The notes: a model not told the origin generated them from the sequence alone. A stretch of 54,460 bases of DNA from Firmicutes bacterium CAG:475 (GCA_000434435.1 FR895563.1:1-54460); one strand, 5' to 3'. Counted from the stretch's first letter, positions 8,350 to 17,006 are shown. Numbers and translations: made by a program.

Positions 8350-10962
8350 ATGGAAGCAAGAAACGTTATCGACAGCGTAGAAAGACTCGAAGAGGCAATT
8401 GCGCGTGTTCGCAAGGCTCAGAAAGAGTTTGCAACTTACACGCAAGAGCAAGTGGACAAAATCTTTTTTGCGGCGGCAGTCGCGGCAAACAAGATGAGAA
8501 TACCTCTTGCAAAACTCGCGGTTGAAGAAACGGGCATGGGCATCGTTGAGGACAAAGTCATCAAAAACCATTATGCGTCCGAGTATATCTACAACGCGTA
8601 CAAGGACACCAAAACCTGCGGAATTATCGACGAGGACAAGGCATATGGCACGATAAAAATTGCCGAGCCTATCGGACTTGTGGCTGCGGTTATCCCCACC
8701 ACAAACCCCACGTCCACCGCAATATTCAAAACGCTTATTTCGCTCAAAACGAGAAACGGCATCATCATCAGCCCTCACCCCAGAGCGAAAAAATCCACGA
8801 TAGCGGCGGCAAAAGTCGTGCTTGACGCGGCGGTTGAAGCGGGCGCACCCGAAGGCATCATCGATTGGATTGATTGCCCCAGCCTCGAAATGACCAACCT
8901 CATCATGAAAGAAGCGGACGTCATTTTGGCAACCGGCGGTCCGGGTATGGTCAAAGCGGCATATTCCAGCGGCAAGCCGGCAATCGGCGTCGGCGCAGGC
9001 AATACTCCCGCAATCATCGACGACACAGCAGACGTTACGCTTGCTGTCAACTCCATCATTCATTCCAAGACGTTTGACAACGGCATGATTTGCGCAAGCG
9101 AACAATCCGTCATCGTTTTGGACAAAGTGTACGAGCAAGCAAAGAAAGAGTTTAAGGACAGAGGTTGCTACTTCCTCGACGAAGAGCAAACGGAAAAGGT
9201 AAGAAAAACCATTCTCATCAACGGTGCGCTCAATGCAAAAATCGTCGGACAAAAGCCGGTTACTATCGCAAAACTTGCGGGCTTTGATGTTCCCGAATCC
9301 ACAAAAATCCTTATCGGTGAAGTGGAAAGCGTGGATTTAAGCGAAGAATTCGCACACGAAAAACTCTCTCCCGTACTTGCAATGTACAGGGCAAAAGATA
9401 TCAGCGACGCATTTGACAAAGCAGAACGTCTTGTCGCAGACGGCGGATACGGACATACGTCCTCCATTTATCTCGACGCAGTGACTCAAAGAGCAAAACT
9501 CGACGAGTTTGCATCCAGAATGAAAACTTGCCGCATCCTCGTCAACACCCCCTCTTCGCAAGGCGGTATCGGCGATTTGTACAACTTCAAACTCCGTCCG
9601 TCCCTCACGCTCGGCTGCGGAAGCTGGGGCGGAAACTCCGTGTCCGAAAACGTCGGAGTCAAGCACCTTATCAACATCAAAACGGTTGCGCAAAGGAGAG
9701 AAAACATGCTTTGGTTCAGAGTGCCTCAAAAGGTCTATATGAAGAAGGGTTGCCTGCCCGTCGCTCTTGACGAACTCAAACACGTCATGGGCAAAAAGAA
9801 GGCGTTTATCGTCACAGACAGTTTCTTGTATAACAACGGATACACCAAGCCCATCACCGACAAACTCGACGAAATGGGCATTCAACACACCACGTTCTTT
9901 GACGTCGCTCCCGACCCGACGCTTGCGTGCGCAAAAGAAGGCGCGGCGCAAATGGCGGCGTTCAAACCCGATTGCATCATCGCGCTCGGCGGCGGCTCCG
10001 CAATGGACGCAGGCAAGATTATGTGGGTGATGTACGAGCATCCCGAAGTCGACTTTATGGACATGGCGATGCGCTTTATGGACATCAGAAAGAGAGTGTA
10101 CACTTTCCCCAAGATGGGCGAAAAGGCATACTTTATCGCAATTCCGACCTCTGCGGGCACCGGCTCGGAAGTCACTCCGTTTGCGGTTATCACCGACGAA
10201 AAGACGGGTGTGAAATATCCGCTTGCGGACTATGAACTTTTGCCGAACATGGCAATCATTGACGCGGACTTCCACATGAGCGCGCCAAAGGGACTCACTG
10301 CGGCGAGCGGTATCGACGCCGTGACGCACGCACTTGAAGCGTACGCTGCAATGCTTGCAACCGATTATACCGATTCGCTCGCGCTCCGTTCGTTGAAGAT
10401 GATTTTCGAGTTCTTGCCCAGAGCTTACGACAACGGCCCGAACGACCCCGTCGCAAGAGAAAAGATGGCAAATGCCGCAACTATGGCAGGTATGGCGTTT
10501 GCAAACGCATTCCTCGGAGTATGTCACTCCATGGCGCACAAACTCGGTGCGTTCCATCACTTGCCCCACGGCGTTGCAAACGCGCTCATGATCGACGAAG
10601 TGCTCCGCTTCAACGCAAGCGAAACGCCTACGAAGATGGGTACGTTCCCGCAATACGCATATCCGCACACACTTGAAAGATACGCAGAAGTTGCCGACTA
10701 TCTCGGAATCAAGGGTAAAAACGACAAAGAAAAACTCAACAACCTCATCAAAGCTATCGACGAACTCAAAGCAAGAGTCGGAATCAAGCCGACAATCAAG
10801 GATTACGTTCCCGACGAAAAAGATTTCCTCGATCGCCTTGACGATATGGTCGAACAAGCGTTTGACGATCAATGCACGGGCGCAAATCCGAGATATCCGC
10901 TCATGAGCGAAATCAAACAAATGTATCTCAACGCATACTATGGCAAACACACCGAGGTTTAA
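8350..10962 (+). CDS. adhE: Bifunctional acetaldehyde-CoA / alcohol dehydrogenase
   Basis: The 870-aa protein has an N-terminal aldehyde dehydrogenase domain and a C-terminal iron-type alcohol dehydrogenase domain (GGGSAMDAGK, metal-binding histidines in CHSMAHKLGAFHHLPHG). AGGAGAAG precedes the ATG. Confidence 0.97.
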   Translation: MEARNVIDSVERLEEAIARVRKAQKEFATYTQEQVDKIFFAAAVAANKMRIPLAKLAVEETGMGIVEDKVIKNHYASEYIYNAYKDTKTCGIIDEDKAYGTIKIAEPIGLVAAVIPTTNPTSTAIFKTLISLKTRNGIIISPHPRAKKSTIAAAKVVLDAAVEAGAPEGIIDWIDCPSLEMTNLIMKEADVILATGGPGMVKAAYSSGKPAIGVGAGNTPAIIDDTADVTLAVNSIIHSKTFDNGMICASEQSVIVLDKVYEQAKKEFKDRGCYFLDEEQTEKVRKTILINGALNAKIVGQKPVTIAKLAGFDVPESTKILIGEVESVDLSEEFAHEKLSPVLAMYRAKDISDAFDKAERLVADGGYGHTSSIYLDAVTQRAKLDEFASRMKTCRILVNTPSSQGGIGDLYNFKLRPSLTLGCGSWGGNSVSENVGVKHLINIKTVAQRRENMLWFRVPQKVYMKKGCLPVALDELKHVMGKKKAFIVTDSFLYNNGYTKPITDKLDEMGIQHTTFFDVAPDPTLACAKEGAAQMAAFKPDCIIALGGGSAMDAGKIMWVMYEHPEVDFMDMAMRFMDIRKRVYTFPKMGEKAYFIAIPTSAGTGSEVTPFAVITDEKTGVKYPLADYELLPNMAIIDADFHMSAPKGLTAASGIDAVTHALEAYAAMLATDYTDSLALRSLKMIFEFLPRAYDNGPNDPVAREKMANAATMAGMAFANAFLGVCHSMAHKLGAFHHLPHGVANALMIDEVLRFNASETPTKMGTFPQYAYPHTLERYAEVADYLGIKGKNDKEKLNNLIKAIDELKARVGIKPTIKDYVPDEKDFLDRLDDMVEQAFDDQCTGANPRYPLMSEIKQMYLNAYYGKHTEV

Positions 10963-10974
10963 TAGGAGGAAAAT

Positions 10975-11724
10975 ATGAATCTTGACAGAATCATTGCCGT
11001 GAGAACAAACAAAACAGTCTATCGCGACGGAGAATATTGCGTCAAAGTTTTCGACGACGATTTCTCCAAGGTGGACGTTCTCAACGAAGCTCTCAACCAA
11101 GCAAGAGTGGAAGAAACGGGACTCAACGTGCCCAAAATCGTCGAAGTGACCAAAATCGATGGCAAGTGGGCAATCGTGTCCGAGTACGTCCCGGGCAAAA
11201 CGCTTGCAAGACTTATGGAAGAAAACCCCGACAAAAAAGACGAATATCTCGAAAAATTCGTCGATTGGCAAATCGAGGTTCAATCCAAAAAGTGCCCCTT
11301 GCTCACCAAACTTCGCGACAAGATGAACAGAAAAATCGACTTGACTAATCTTGACGAAAGTATAAAATATGAATTGCACACAAGGCTTGAGGGCATGCCC
11401 AAACACAACAAGCTCTGCCACGGCGATTTCAACCCGTCCAACATCATTGTGAAAGAGGACGGCACGCCGTACTTCATCGACTGGTCGCACGCAACGCAAG
11501 GCAACGCTTCGGCGGACGTTGCAAGAACGTATATGCTTTTCTGGCTTGCGGGCGATATCGAAGGCGCGGAAAAATATCTCGACCTCTTCTGTCAAAAGAG
11601 CGGAACGGACAAGAGATACGTGCAAAAATGGATGCCTATCGTTGCGGCTTCGCAATCTGTTAAAGGGCATGAAAAAGAAAGAGAATTCCTTATGTCGTGG
11701 ATCGACGTTGCGGAATTTCAATAA
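10975..11724 (+). CDS. Protein-kinase-like phosphotransferase (APH/choline-kinase fold), putative regulatory Ser/Thr kinase
   Basis: TAGGAGG precedes the ATG. The catalytic loop is HGDFNPSNIIV and the metal-binding motif is IDWSHA. It lies 13 nt after adhE and directly upstream of the hydrogenase-sensor genes. Confidence 0.75.
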   Translation: MNLDRIIAVRTNKTVYRDGEYCVKVFDDDFSKVDVLNEALNQARVEETGLNVPKIVEVTKIDGKWAIVSEYVPGKTLARLMEENPDKKDEYLEKFVDWQIEVQSKKCPLLTKLRDKMNRKIDLTNLDESIKYELHTRLEGMPKHNKLCHGDFNPSNIIVKEDGTPYFIDWSHATQGNASADVARTYMLFWLAGDIEGAEKYLDLFCQKSGTDKRYVQKWMPIVAASQSVKGHEKEREFLMSWIDVAEFQ

Positions 11725-11738
11725 TGAGAGGGAAAAAT

Positions 11739-11981
11739 ATGAAAGTCACAGTGTGTATCGGCAGTTCCTGCCATATCAAAGGATCAAGACAAGTCGTAGA
11801 GCAACTTCAATATCTCATTGCCAAGAACAACCTCAAAGAACAAGTGGAACTCGGCGGCACGTTCTGCATGGGCAAGTGCCAACAAGGAGTGTGCGTTACG
11901 GTTGACGACGCGTTCTTCTCGCTCACGCCCGAAACTACCGACGAATTCTTCAAAAAGGAGATTCTTGCAAAGGTAAAATAA
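11739..11981 (+). CDS. Thioredoxin-like [2Fe-2S] ferredoxin (80 aa), HfsA-like
   Basis: The start is moved to the ATG at 11739 (MKVTVCIGSSCHIKGS...). The Cys pattern is C-x4-C...C-x3-C (CIGSSC ... CMGKC). Confidence 0.75.
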   Translation: MKVTVCIGSSCHIKGSRQVVEQLQYLIAKNNLKEQVELGGTFCMGKCQQGVCVTVDDAFFSLTPETTDEFFKKEILAKVK

Positions 11982-12236
11982 ATGATAATCATCAGAATTT
12001 GCGTTGGCAGTTCTTGCCATCTTAAAGGCTCGCAGGAGATAGTCGATATGCTTCGAAGCGAGATCGAACAAAGACATCTCGAAGGCGAAATAGTGCTTTC
12101 GGGAAGTTTTTGTTTTGCCAAGTGTAACAGAGAGGGCGTAACCGTTGCCGTCAACGACGACGTTTATCCCGGTATAACCAAGGACAACTTCAAGGAATTT
12201 TTCCAAACGAAAGTTTTGCCTCTCGTCGAGGCGTAA
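11982..12236 (+). CDS. Thioredoxin-like [2Fe-2S] ferredoxin (84 aa), tandem paralogue
   Basis: The ATG abuts the previous stop codon. The Cys pattern is the same (CVGSSC ... CFAKC) and the length matches its neighbour. Confidence 0.75.
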   Translation: MIIIRICVGSSCHLKGSQEIVDMLRSEIEQRHLEGEIVLSGSFCFAKCNREGVTVAVNDDVYPGITKDNFKEFFQTKVLPLVEA

Positions 12237-12263
12237 ATACGCACGGAAAAATAAAGAGGAAAT

Positions 12264-13934
12264 ATGGATTGTTTAACTCTCAAAAAATCAAACTGCAAAA
12301 ACTGCTATAAGTGCATACGCCATTGCCCCGTAAAAGCCATACGCTTTTCGGGCAATCAGGCGCACATTATCGGCGACGAGTGCATTTTGTGCGGACACTG
12401 CTTCGTCGTGTGTCCTCAAAACGCAAAGGAAATCGTCAACGAAACCGAAAAAGTCAGAGTGCTTTTGCAGTCCTATCCCGTTTACGTGTCGCTTGCGCCG
12501 TCCTTCATCGCAAACTATGAGGGAGTGGGCATCAACGCCATGCGCACCGCGCTCAAAAAGCTCGGTTTTGCGGACGTCGAGGAAACCGCGTTGGGCGCAA
12601 CCGTCGTCAAAAACGAGTATGACAGACTTTTGAGAGAAGAAAAGAGAGATATCGTCATATCCTCTTGCTGCCACTCCGTCAATTTGCTCATACAAAAGTA
12701 TTTCCCCAAAGAGCTTCCGTATCTTGCCGACGTACTTTCGCCTATGCAAGCGCATTGTGCGGATTTGAAACGCCGTCATCCGGGCGCAAAAACCGTGTTT
12801 ATCGGTCCTTGCGTCGCAAAAAAGGACGAGGCGGCCCACTACGACGGAATCGTCGACGCTGTTTTGACCTATGAGGAACTCACCGAATGGCTCAATCACG
12901 AAGGCGTCGTTCTTGAAAAAGAAACGGATTCGCAACAAGAGAGCAGAGCGAGATTTTTCCCGACTACGGGCGGTATTTTGAAAACCATGAACCTTGACGC
13001 TCCCGGCTATCGATATATGGCGATCGACGGCATAGAAAACTGCATATCCGCGCTTAAAGACATCGAAAACGGCAACATTCATCACGCGTTTATCGAGATG
13101 TCCTCGTGCGTGGGAAGCTGCGTTGGCGGACCGGTTATGGAAAAATATCATCCGTCACCCGTGAGAGAATACATTGCGGTTGCGGAGTACGCAGGCGACA
13201 AAGATTTTGTCGTCGAGCAACCCGACAGCAACGATTTGAGAAAGCACTTCTCGCTCATCGAGCGTGAAAACAAGATGCCGAGCGAGTACGAAATCAACGC
13301 CGCACTTCGCCAGATGGGCAAGATGAGCAAGCGCGACGAACTAAATTGCGGCAGCTGCGGCTACAACACTTGCCGCGAAAAAGCGATAGCGATTTGTCAA
13401 GGCAAAGCCGAAGCGTCCATGTGCTTGCCGTATCTCCAAAAGAAAGCGGAGGGCTTTTCGGACAGAATCGTCAACAATACTCCGAACGGCATCATCGTGC
13501 TCAACGACGCATTCGAAGTGCAGCAGATCAACGAAGCCGCCATGGACATCATGCACATTCGTTCCGCAAGCGACGTTCTGGGCGAACAAGTGGTGCGTAT
13601 TATGGACCCCGCTGTTTTCTACGAAGTGCAGAAAAAGAAGTTTAACGTGCACAATCGCAGGGTTTATCTTGCGGAATATAAAAGATACGTCGAACTTACC
13701 GTCGTTTACGACACCGACAATCACCTCTTTATCGGTATCATGCGCGACATCACCGACGAGGAAAAAGAGAGAGAAAAGAAAGAGAGTATTTCAAAGCAAA
13801 CAATCGAAACGGCAGACAAAGTCGTGGACAAGCAAATGCGCATAGTTCAGGAAATCGCGTCTTTGCTCGGCGAAACGGCGGCGGAAACAAAAATCGCGCT
13901 TACAAAACTCAAGGAGTCCATAAAAGATGAATGA
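12264..13934 (+). CDS. hydS: Sensory-type [FeFe]-hydrogenase homologue with C-terminal PAS domain (HydS/HfsB type)
   Basis: There are two N-terminal CxxCxxCxxxCP ferredoxin motifs. H-cluster-like motifs are SSCCHS (12661-12678), GPCVAKKDE and EMSSCVGSCVGGP. An extra Cys cluster, CGSCGYNTC...C, is followed by a PAS-like segment (TPNGIIVLNDAFEVQQINEAAMDIM...). The gene symbol is by analogy only. Confidence 0.85.
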   Translation: MDCLTLKKSNCKNCYKCIRHCPVKAIRFSGNQAHIIGDECILCGHCFVVCPQNAKEIVNETEKVRVLLQSYPVYVSLAPSFIANYEGVGINAMRTALKKLGFADVEETALGATVVKNEYDRLLREEKRDIVISSCCHSVNLLIQKYFPKELPYLADVLSPMQAHCADLKRRHPGAKTVFIGPCVAKKDEAAHYDGIVDAVLTYEELTEWLNHEGVVLEKETDSQQESRARFFPTTGGILKTMNLDAPGYRYMAIDGIENCISALKDIENGNIHHAFIEMSSCVGSCVGGPVMEKYHPSPVREYIAVAEYAGDKDFVVEQPDSNDLRKHFSLIERENKMPSEYEINAALRQMGKMSKRDELNCGSCGYNTCREKAIAICQGKAEASMCLPYLQKKAEGFSDRIVNNTPNGIIVLNDAFEVQQINEAAMDIMHIRSASDVLGEQVVRIMDPAVFYEVQKKKFNVHNRRVYLAEYKRYVELTVVYDTDNHLFIGIMRDITDEEKEREKKESISKQTIETADKVVDKQMRIVQEIASLLGETAAETKIALTKLKESIKDE

Positions 13935-15099
13935 TCTTTGCGCCGATATCGGCTACAAAAGCATAAATCATGTCGGAGAACAACTGTGCGGCGACCACGT
14001 AGACGTCGTTCAGCAGGGTGAAAACTCCACGGTTGTCGTGCTTGCGGACGGACTCGGCAGCGGCGTTAAGGCGAGCATACTCTCAACGCTTACGAGCAAA
14101 ATCATTTCCACCATGATGTCGGAAGGTTTAACTCTCGAAGACTGCGTTGAAACAATTGCCGCAACTTTGCCTATATGCTCCGTAAGAGGCGTTGCCTATT
14201 CGACGTTTACAATCCTCCACCTTGTCGACAATCGTCAGGCGGAGATAATCCAATACGACAATCCCGGCGTAATTTTGTTGCGCGACGGTCAAAACTACGA
14301 TTTCCCCAAAACCGAAATGGTCATCGGCGGAAAGAAAATTTACAAATCCACCCTCGACTTGTGCGAGAACGACATTTTCGTGCTTATGAGCGACGGTTGT
14401 CCGCATGCGGGGTTGGGACTCTCCTACAACTTCGGTTGGAAGAGGGAGGATATAATATCGTTTTTGGAGAGCATAAGTTTTGTGGGCTACACCGCAAAAA
14501 CCATGTCCACCATACTCGTTGACGAGTGCAACAAACTCTACGGCGAAAAACCCGGCGACGACGCCACCGCTTGCGTGATAAAGATAAAAAGACGCGAGCC
14601 TATGAACATCCTTTTCGGGCCGCCGTCCAATCGCGACGATTGCGACAGAATGATGTCGCTCTTCTTCTCGAAAGAGGGCAAACATATCGTTTGCGGCGGC
14701 ACTACGTCGTCAATTGCGGCAAAATATCTCGGGAAAACCGTGCGTACAACGCTCAATTTCGAGGCAAGCGACGTTCCGCCCATATCCGAAATCGAGGGCG
14801 TAGACCTCGTCACCGAGGGCGTCATAACGATGAACAAGGTGCTGACTTACGCAAAAGACTACCTCAAAGACAACGAAAGTTACGAGCAATGGAGTTTCAA
14901 GCGCGACGGTGCGTCGCTTATGGCAAGGCTTCTTTTCGAGGAGGCAACCGACATCAATTTCTTTGTCGGCAGAGCAATAAACCCCGCCCACCAAAACCCC
15001 GATTTGCCCATAAATTTCAGCATAAAAATGAATTTGGTCACCGAACTTTCCGATTGCCTCGTAAAAATGGGCAAAAAAGTCAAAGTGTCATACTTCTGA
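13927..15099 (+). CDS. SpoIIE/PP2C-family Ser/Thr protein phosphatase (HfsC-like)
   Basis: It overlaps hydS by 8 nt, suggesting translational coupling. The N-terminal half, ...CGDHVDVV...VVVLADGLGSGVKASILS..., is typical of the SpoIIE-type PP2C fold. The C-terminal roughly 150 aa is an unassigned domain. Confidence 0.85.
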   Translation: MNDLCADIGYKSINHVGEQLCGDHVDVVQQGENSTVVVLADGLGSGVKASILSTLTSKIISTMMSEGLTLEDCVETIAATLPICSVRGVAYSTFTILHLVDNRQAEIIQYDNPGVILLRDGQNYDFPKTEMVIGGKKIYKSTLDLCENDIFVLMSDGCPHAGLGLSYNFGWKREDIISFLESISFVGYTAKTMSTILVDECNKLYGEKPGDDATACVIKIKRREPMNILFGPPSNRDDCDRMMSLFFSKEGKHIVCGGTTSSIAAKYLGKTVRTTLNFEASDVPPISEIEGVDLVTEGVITMNKVLTYAKDYLKDNESYEQWSFKRDGASLMARLLFEEATDINFFVGRAINPAHQNPDLPINFSIKMNLVTELSDCLVKMGKKVKVSYF

Positions 15100-15147
15100 T
15101 AAGGAGCAAAAATATAAATATTTTTCTCAAAACGAAACAAAATTTTA

Positions 15148-15175
15148 TTGCGCACAAGACGATTTAGTGTATAAT
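15148..15175 (+). promoter_or_regulatory. Possible internal promoter for the downstream hydrogenase
   Basis: TTGCGC (15148-15153), a 16-nt spacer, then TATAAT (15170-15175), preceded by TG. Confidence 0.35.
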
Positions 15176-15209
15176 GTCGCAAGCGTACAATAATTTTAAG
15201 AGGACAAAG

Positions 15210-16628
15210 ATGAGAATATTCGATACAAAAGTTCAACATCTCAAATACAAAGTTCTGCGCGAGGTCGCAAGAGAGGCGTGGGCGGGTACGCTCGACACCA
15301 ACGCCATCGACATCCCCAAGCGTATCGTTCCCGGCAAAGTGCCGACGATGCGTTGTTGCGTGTACAAAGAACGCGCGATTTTGGGTGAACGCGTCAAACT
15401 TGCAATGGGCGGACACAAGGACAATCCCAACGTCATCGAAGTCATCGATATTGCTTGCGACGAGTGTCCGATGGGCGGCTATGAAGTCACGGGCGCATGC
15501 CGAGGCTGTCTTATGCATCGCTGCGAAGACGTGTGCAAGTTCGGCGCAATCACGTTTGACAGTCAGCATGTGGCGCATATCGACAAGTCCAAGTGCAAAG
15601 AGTGTGGCGCATGCGCAAAAGTTTGCCCGTACAGCGCAATCACCAACCATAAACGTCCCTGCGAAATGGCTTGCAAGGTCAAGGCTATCACCATGGACGA
15701 AAACCGCGCGGCAAAAATCGACAATTCCAAGTGTATAGAGTGCGGCGCATGCGTATATCAATGCCCGTGGGGAGCAATCTCGGACAAGTCATACATTCTC
15801 GACGTTATCGACCTCATCAAAAAGAGCGAAAACAACACAAAATACAAGCTCTATGCGGTGGTTGCTCCGTCTATTTCCAGTCAGTTTACTTACGCAAAAC
15901 TCGGACAGGTCATCACCGGCTTGAAAGTTTTGGGATTCCATACGGTGGTCGAAGCGGCTCTCGGCGCAGATATGGTGCTTCTTTCCGAGGCAAGAGAGCT
16001 TGCCGAAAAAGGATTCCTTACAAGCTCCTGCTGTCCTGCGTTCGTATCCTATATCAAAAAGAATTTCCCTCAAATGGTGGAACATATATCCCACAACCTT
16101 TCGCCGATGGCAATGATTTCCAAGTATATCAAGGACACTACGCCCGGCGCAAAAGTTGTGTTCATCGGGCCTTGCACCGCCAAAAAAGCCGAGATTTTGG
16201 ACGAAAAAGTCAAGCCGTACGTCGATTCCGTCCTCACGTTCGAGGAGCTTCAAGCCCTCTTTGACAGCAAGGATATGGAAATCACGTCCCTTGCCGAAGG
16301 CGTTCTCGACAATGCCTCCTATTTCGGACGCATCTTTGCTCGTTGCGGAGGACTCAGCGACTCAATCAAACAATCTCTCAAAGAGCAAAACATCGATTTC
16401 GACCTCAAAGGTTGCGCTTGCGACGGCATCGACGAGTGCCGCATCGCACTCCTCAAAAAGAGCAAAAACCTCTCCGACGTCAACTTCATCGAAGGTATGG
16501 CGTGCACCGGCGGTTGCATCGGTGGTGCCGGCTGTCTTACCCACGGAGAGAAAAACAAGGCAGAAGTTGACAAGTACGGTCGCGAAGCGTTGGAAAAGAC
16601 CATTACCGACGCCGTGTCGTTGCTGTAA
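15210..16628 (+). CDS. hydA: Monomeric [FeFe]-hydrogenase (group B-like; HfsD/HydA2-like)
   Basis: The start is moved to the ATG at 15210, after AAGAGGA. There are several 4Fe-4S ferredoxin Cys motifs. The canonical H-cluster motifs are TSSCCPAF (about 16021), GPCTAKKAE and EGMACTGGCIGGAGC (about 16497). The group assignment is from memory of the N-terminal architecture. Confidence 0.9.
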   Translation: MRIFDTKVQHLKYKVLREVAREAWAGTLDTNAIDIPKRIVPGKVPTMRCCVYKERAILGERVKLAMGGHKDNPNVIEVIDIACDECPMGGYEVTGACRGCLMHRCEDVCKFGAITFDSQHVAHIDKSKCKECGACAKVCPYSAITNHKRPCEMACKVKAITMDENRAAKIDNSKCIECGACVYQCPWGAISDKSYILDVIDLIKKSENNTKYKLYAVVAPSISSQFTYAKLGQVITGLKVLGFHTVVEAALGADMVLLSEARELAEKGFLTSSCCPAFVSYIKKNFPQMVEHISHNLSPMAMISKYIKDTTPGAKVVFIGPCTAKKAEILDEKVKPYVDSVLTFEELQALFDSKDMEITSLAEGVLDNASYFGRIFARCGGLSDSIKQSLKEQNIDFDLKGCACDGIDECRIALLKKSKNLSDVNFIEGMACTGGCIGGAGCLTHGEKNKAEVDKYGREALEKTITDAVSLL

Positions 16629-16660
16629 TATTAAAATCGGTTTTTTGAGAATAGCGTTTA

Positions 16661-16698
16661 AAGCACCCCTTGATTTGATTGTCAAAGGGTGCTTTTTT
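16661..16698 (+). terminator. Intrinsic terminator after the hydrogenase gene
   Basis: The GC-rich stem GCACCC (16663-16668) / GGGTGC (16687-16692) is followed by T6. Confidence 0.7.
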
Positions 16699-16740
16699 AA
16701 CAACACGAGGGCAAGAGAATTTTGTAGTGTCATATTTCTC

Positions 16741-16769
16741 TTGACAAAACGGGGTTTCGGGCTTATAGT
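16741..16769 (+). promoter_or_regulatory. Near-consensus sigma-A promoter for the aromatic amino acid operon leader
   Basis: TTGACA (16741-16746), a 17-nt spacer, then TATAGT (16764-16769). Confidence 0.6.
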
Positions 16770-16802
16770 TTTCTCATCAAACAGGAGGCAGAATCGAAGT
16801 TT

Positions 16803-16949
16803 ATGAACAAAAAAGTCGTTTTGGGCAAATCAAATTCTTTCTCTTCTGCTTTCTCGGCAGTTTCTTTTGCGCGCGCTTCTCGATTTTTCGAGGGCGGATA
16901 CTACTATTATTATTTTAGCGGTAGGGATACTTTTGGCAAAGGACGCTGA
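16803..16949 (+). CDS. Candidate 48-codon leader peptide rich in Tyr/Phe (MNKKVVLGKSNSFSSAFSAVSFARASRFFEGGYYYYYFSGRDTFGKGR)
   Basis: I translated this by hand; it is below the size cutoff of the ORF track. It has five consecutive Tyr codons plus a Phe codon at 16899-16916, and 7 Phe in total. It sits between the promoter and an intrinsic terminator, upstream of pheA...tyrA. AGGAGG (16783-16788) lies 14 nt from the ATG, which is a long spacing. Confidence 0.5.
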   Translation: MNKKVVLGKSNSFSSAFSAVSFARASRFFEGGYYYYYFSGRDTFGKGR

Positions 16950-16972
16950 CGGCTGATATTTCGGATATACGG

Positions 16973-17006
16973 AAAAAAGCGATTCCTTTGCGGAGTCGCT
17001 TTTTTT
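16973..17006 (+). terminator. Intrinsic terminator (attenuator) in the 5' leader of the aro operon
   Basis: The stem AGCGATTCC (16978-16986) / GGAGTCGCT (16992-17000) has one G-U pair and a 5-nt loop. An A-run lies 5' of it and a T7 run 3'. It sits 138 nt before the pheA ATG. Confidence 0.7.

Noticed and set aside
9337-11721. A very long antisense ORF (794 aa) lies opposite adhE and the kinase gene. Similar long shadow ORFs lie opposite other well-supported genes:
- 277-1200 (+)
- 4190-4993 (-)
- 8281-9252 (-)
- 12288-13151 (-)
- 14880-15761 (-)
- 21933-22865 (-)
- 23353-24006 (-)
- 33014-34441 (-)
- 34535-36040 (-)
- 37676-38821 (-)
- 39050-40165 (-)
- 41773-43017 (-)
- 43054-43926 (-)
- 46610-47572 (-)
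- 47944-48711 (-)
- 50685-51578 (-)
- 51936-53966 (-)
   Set aside because: Each lies entirely opposite a gene with unmistakable family motifs. Their translations are low-complexity (Val/Arg/His/Phe/Cys-rich) with no recognisable domains and no SD. Such stop-free antisense frames are an expected by-product of the codon bias of the sense genes.
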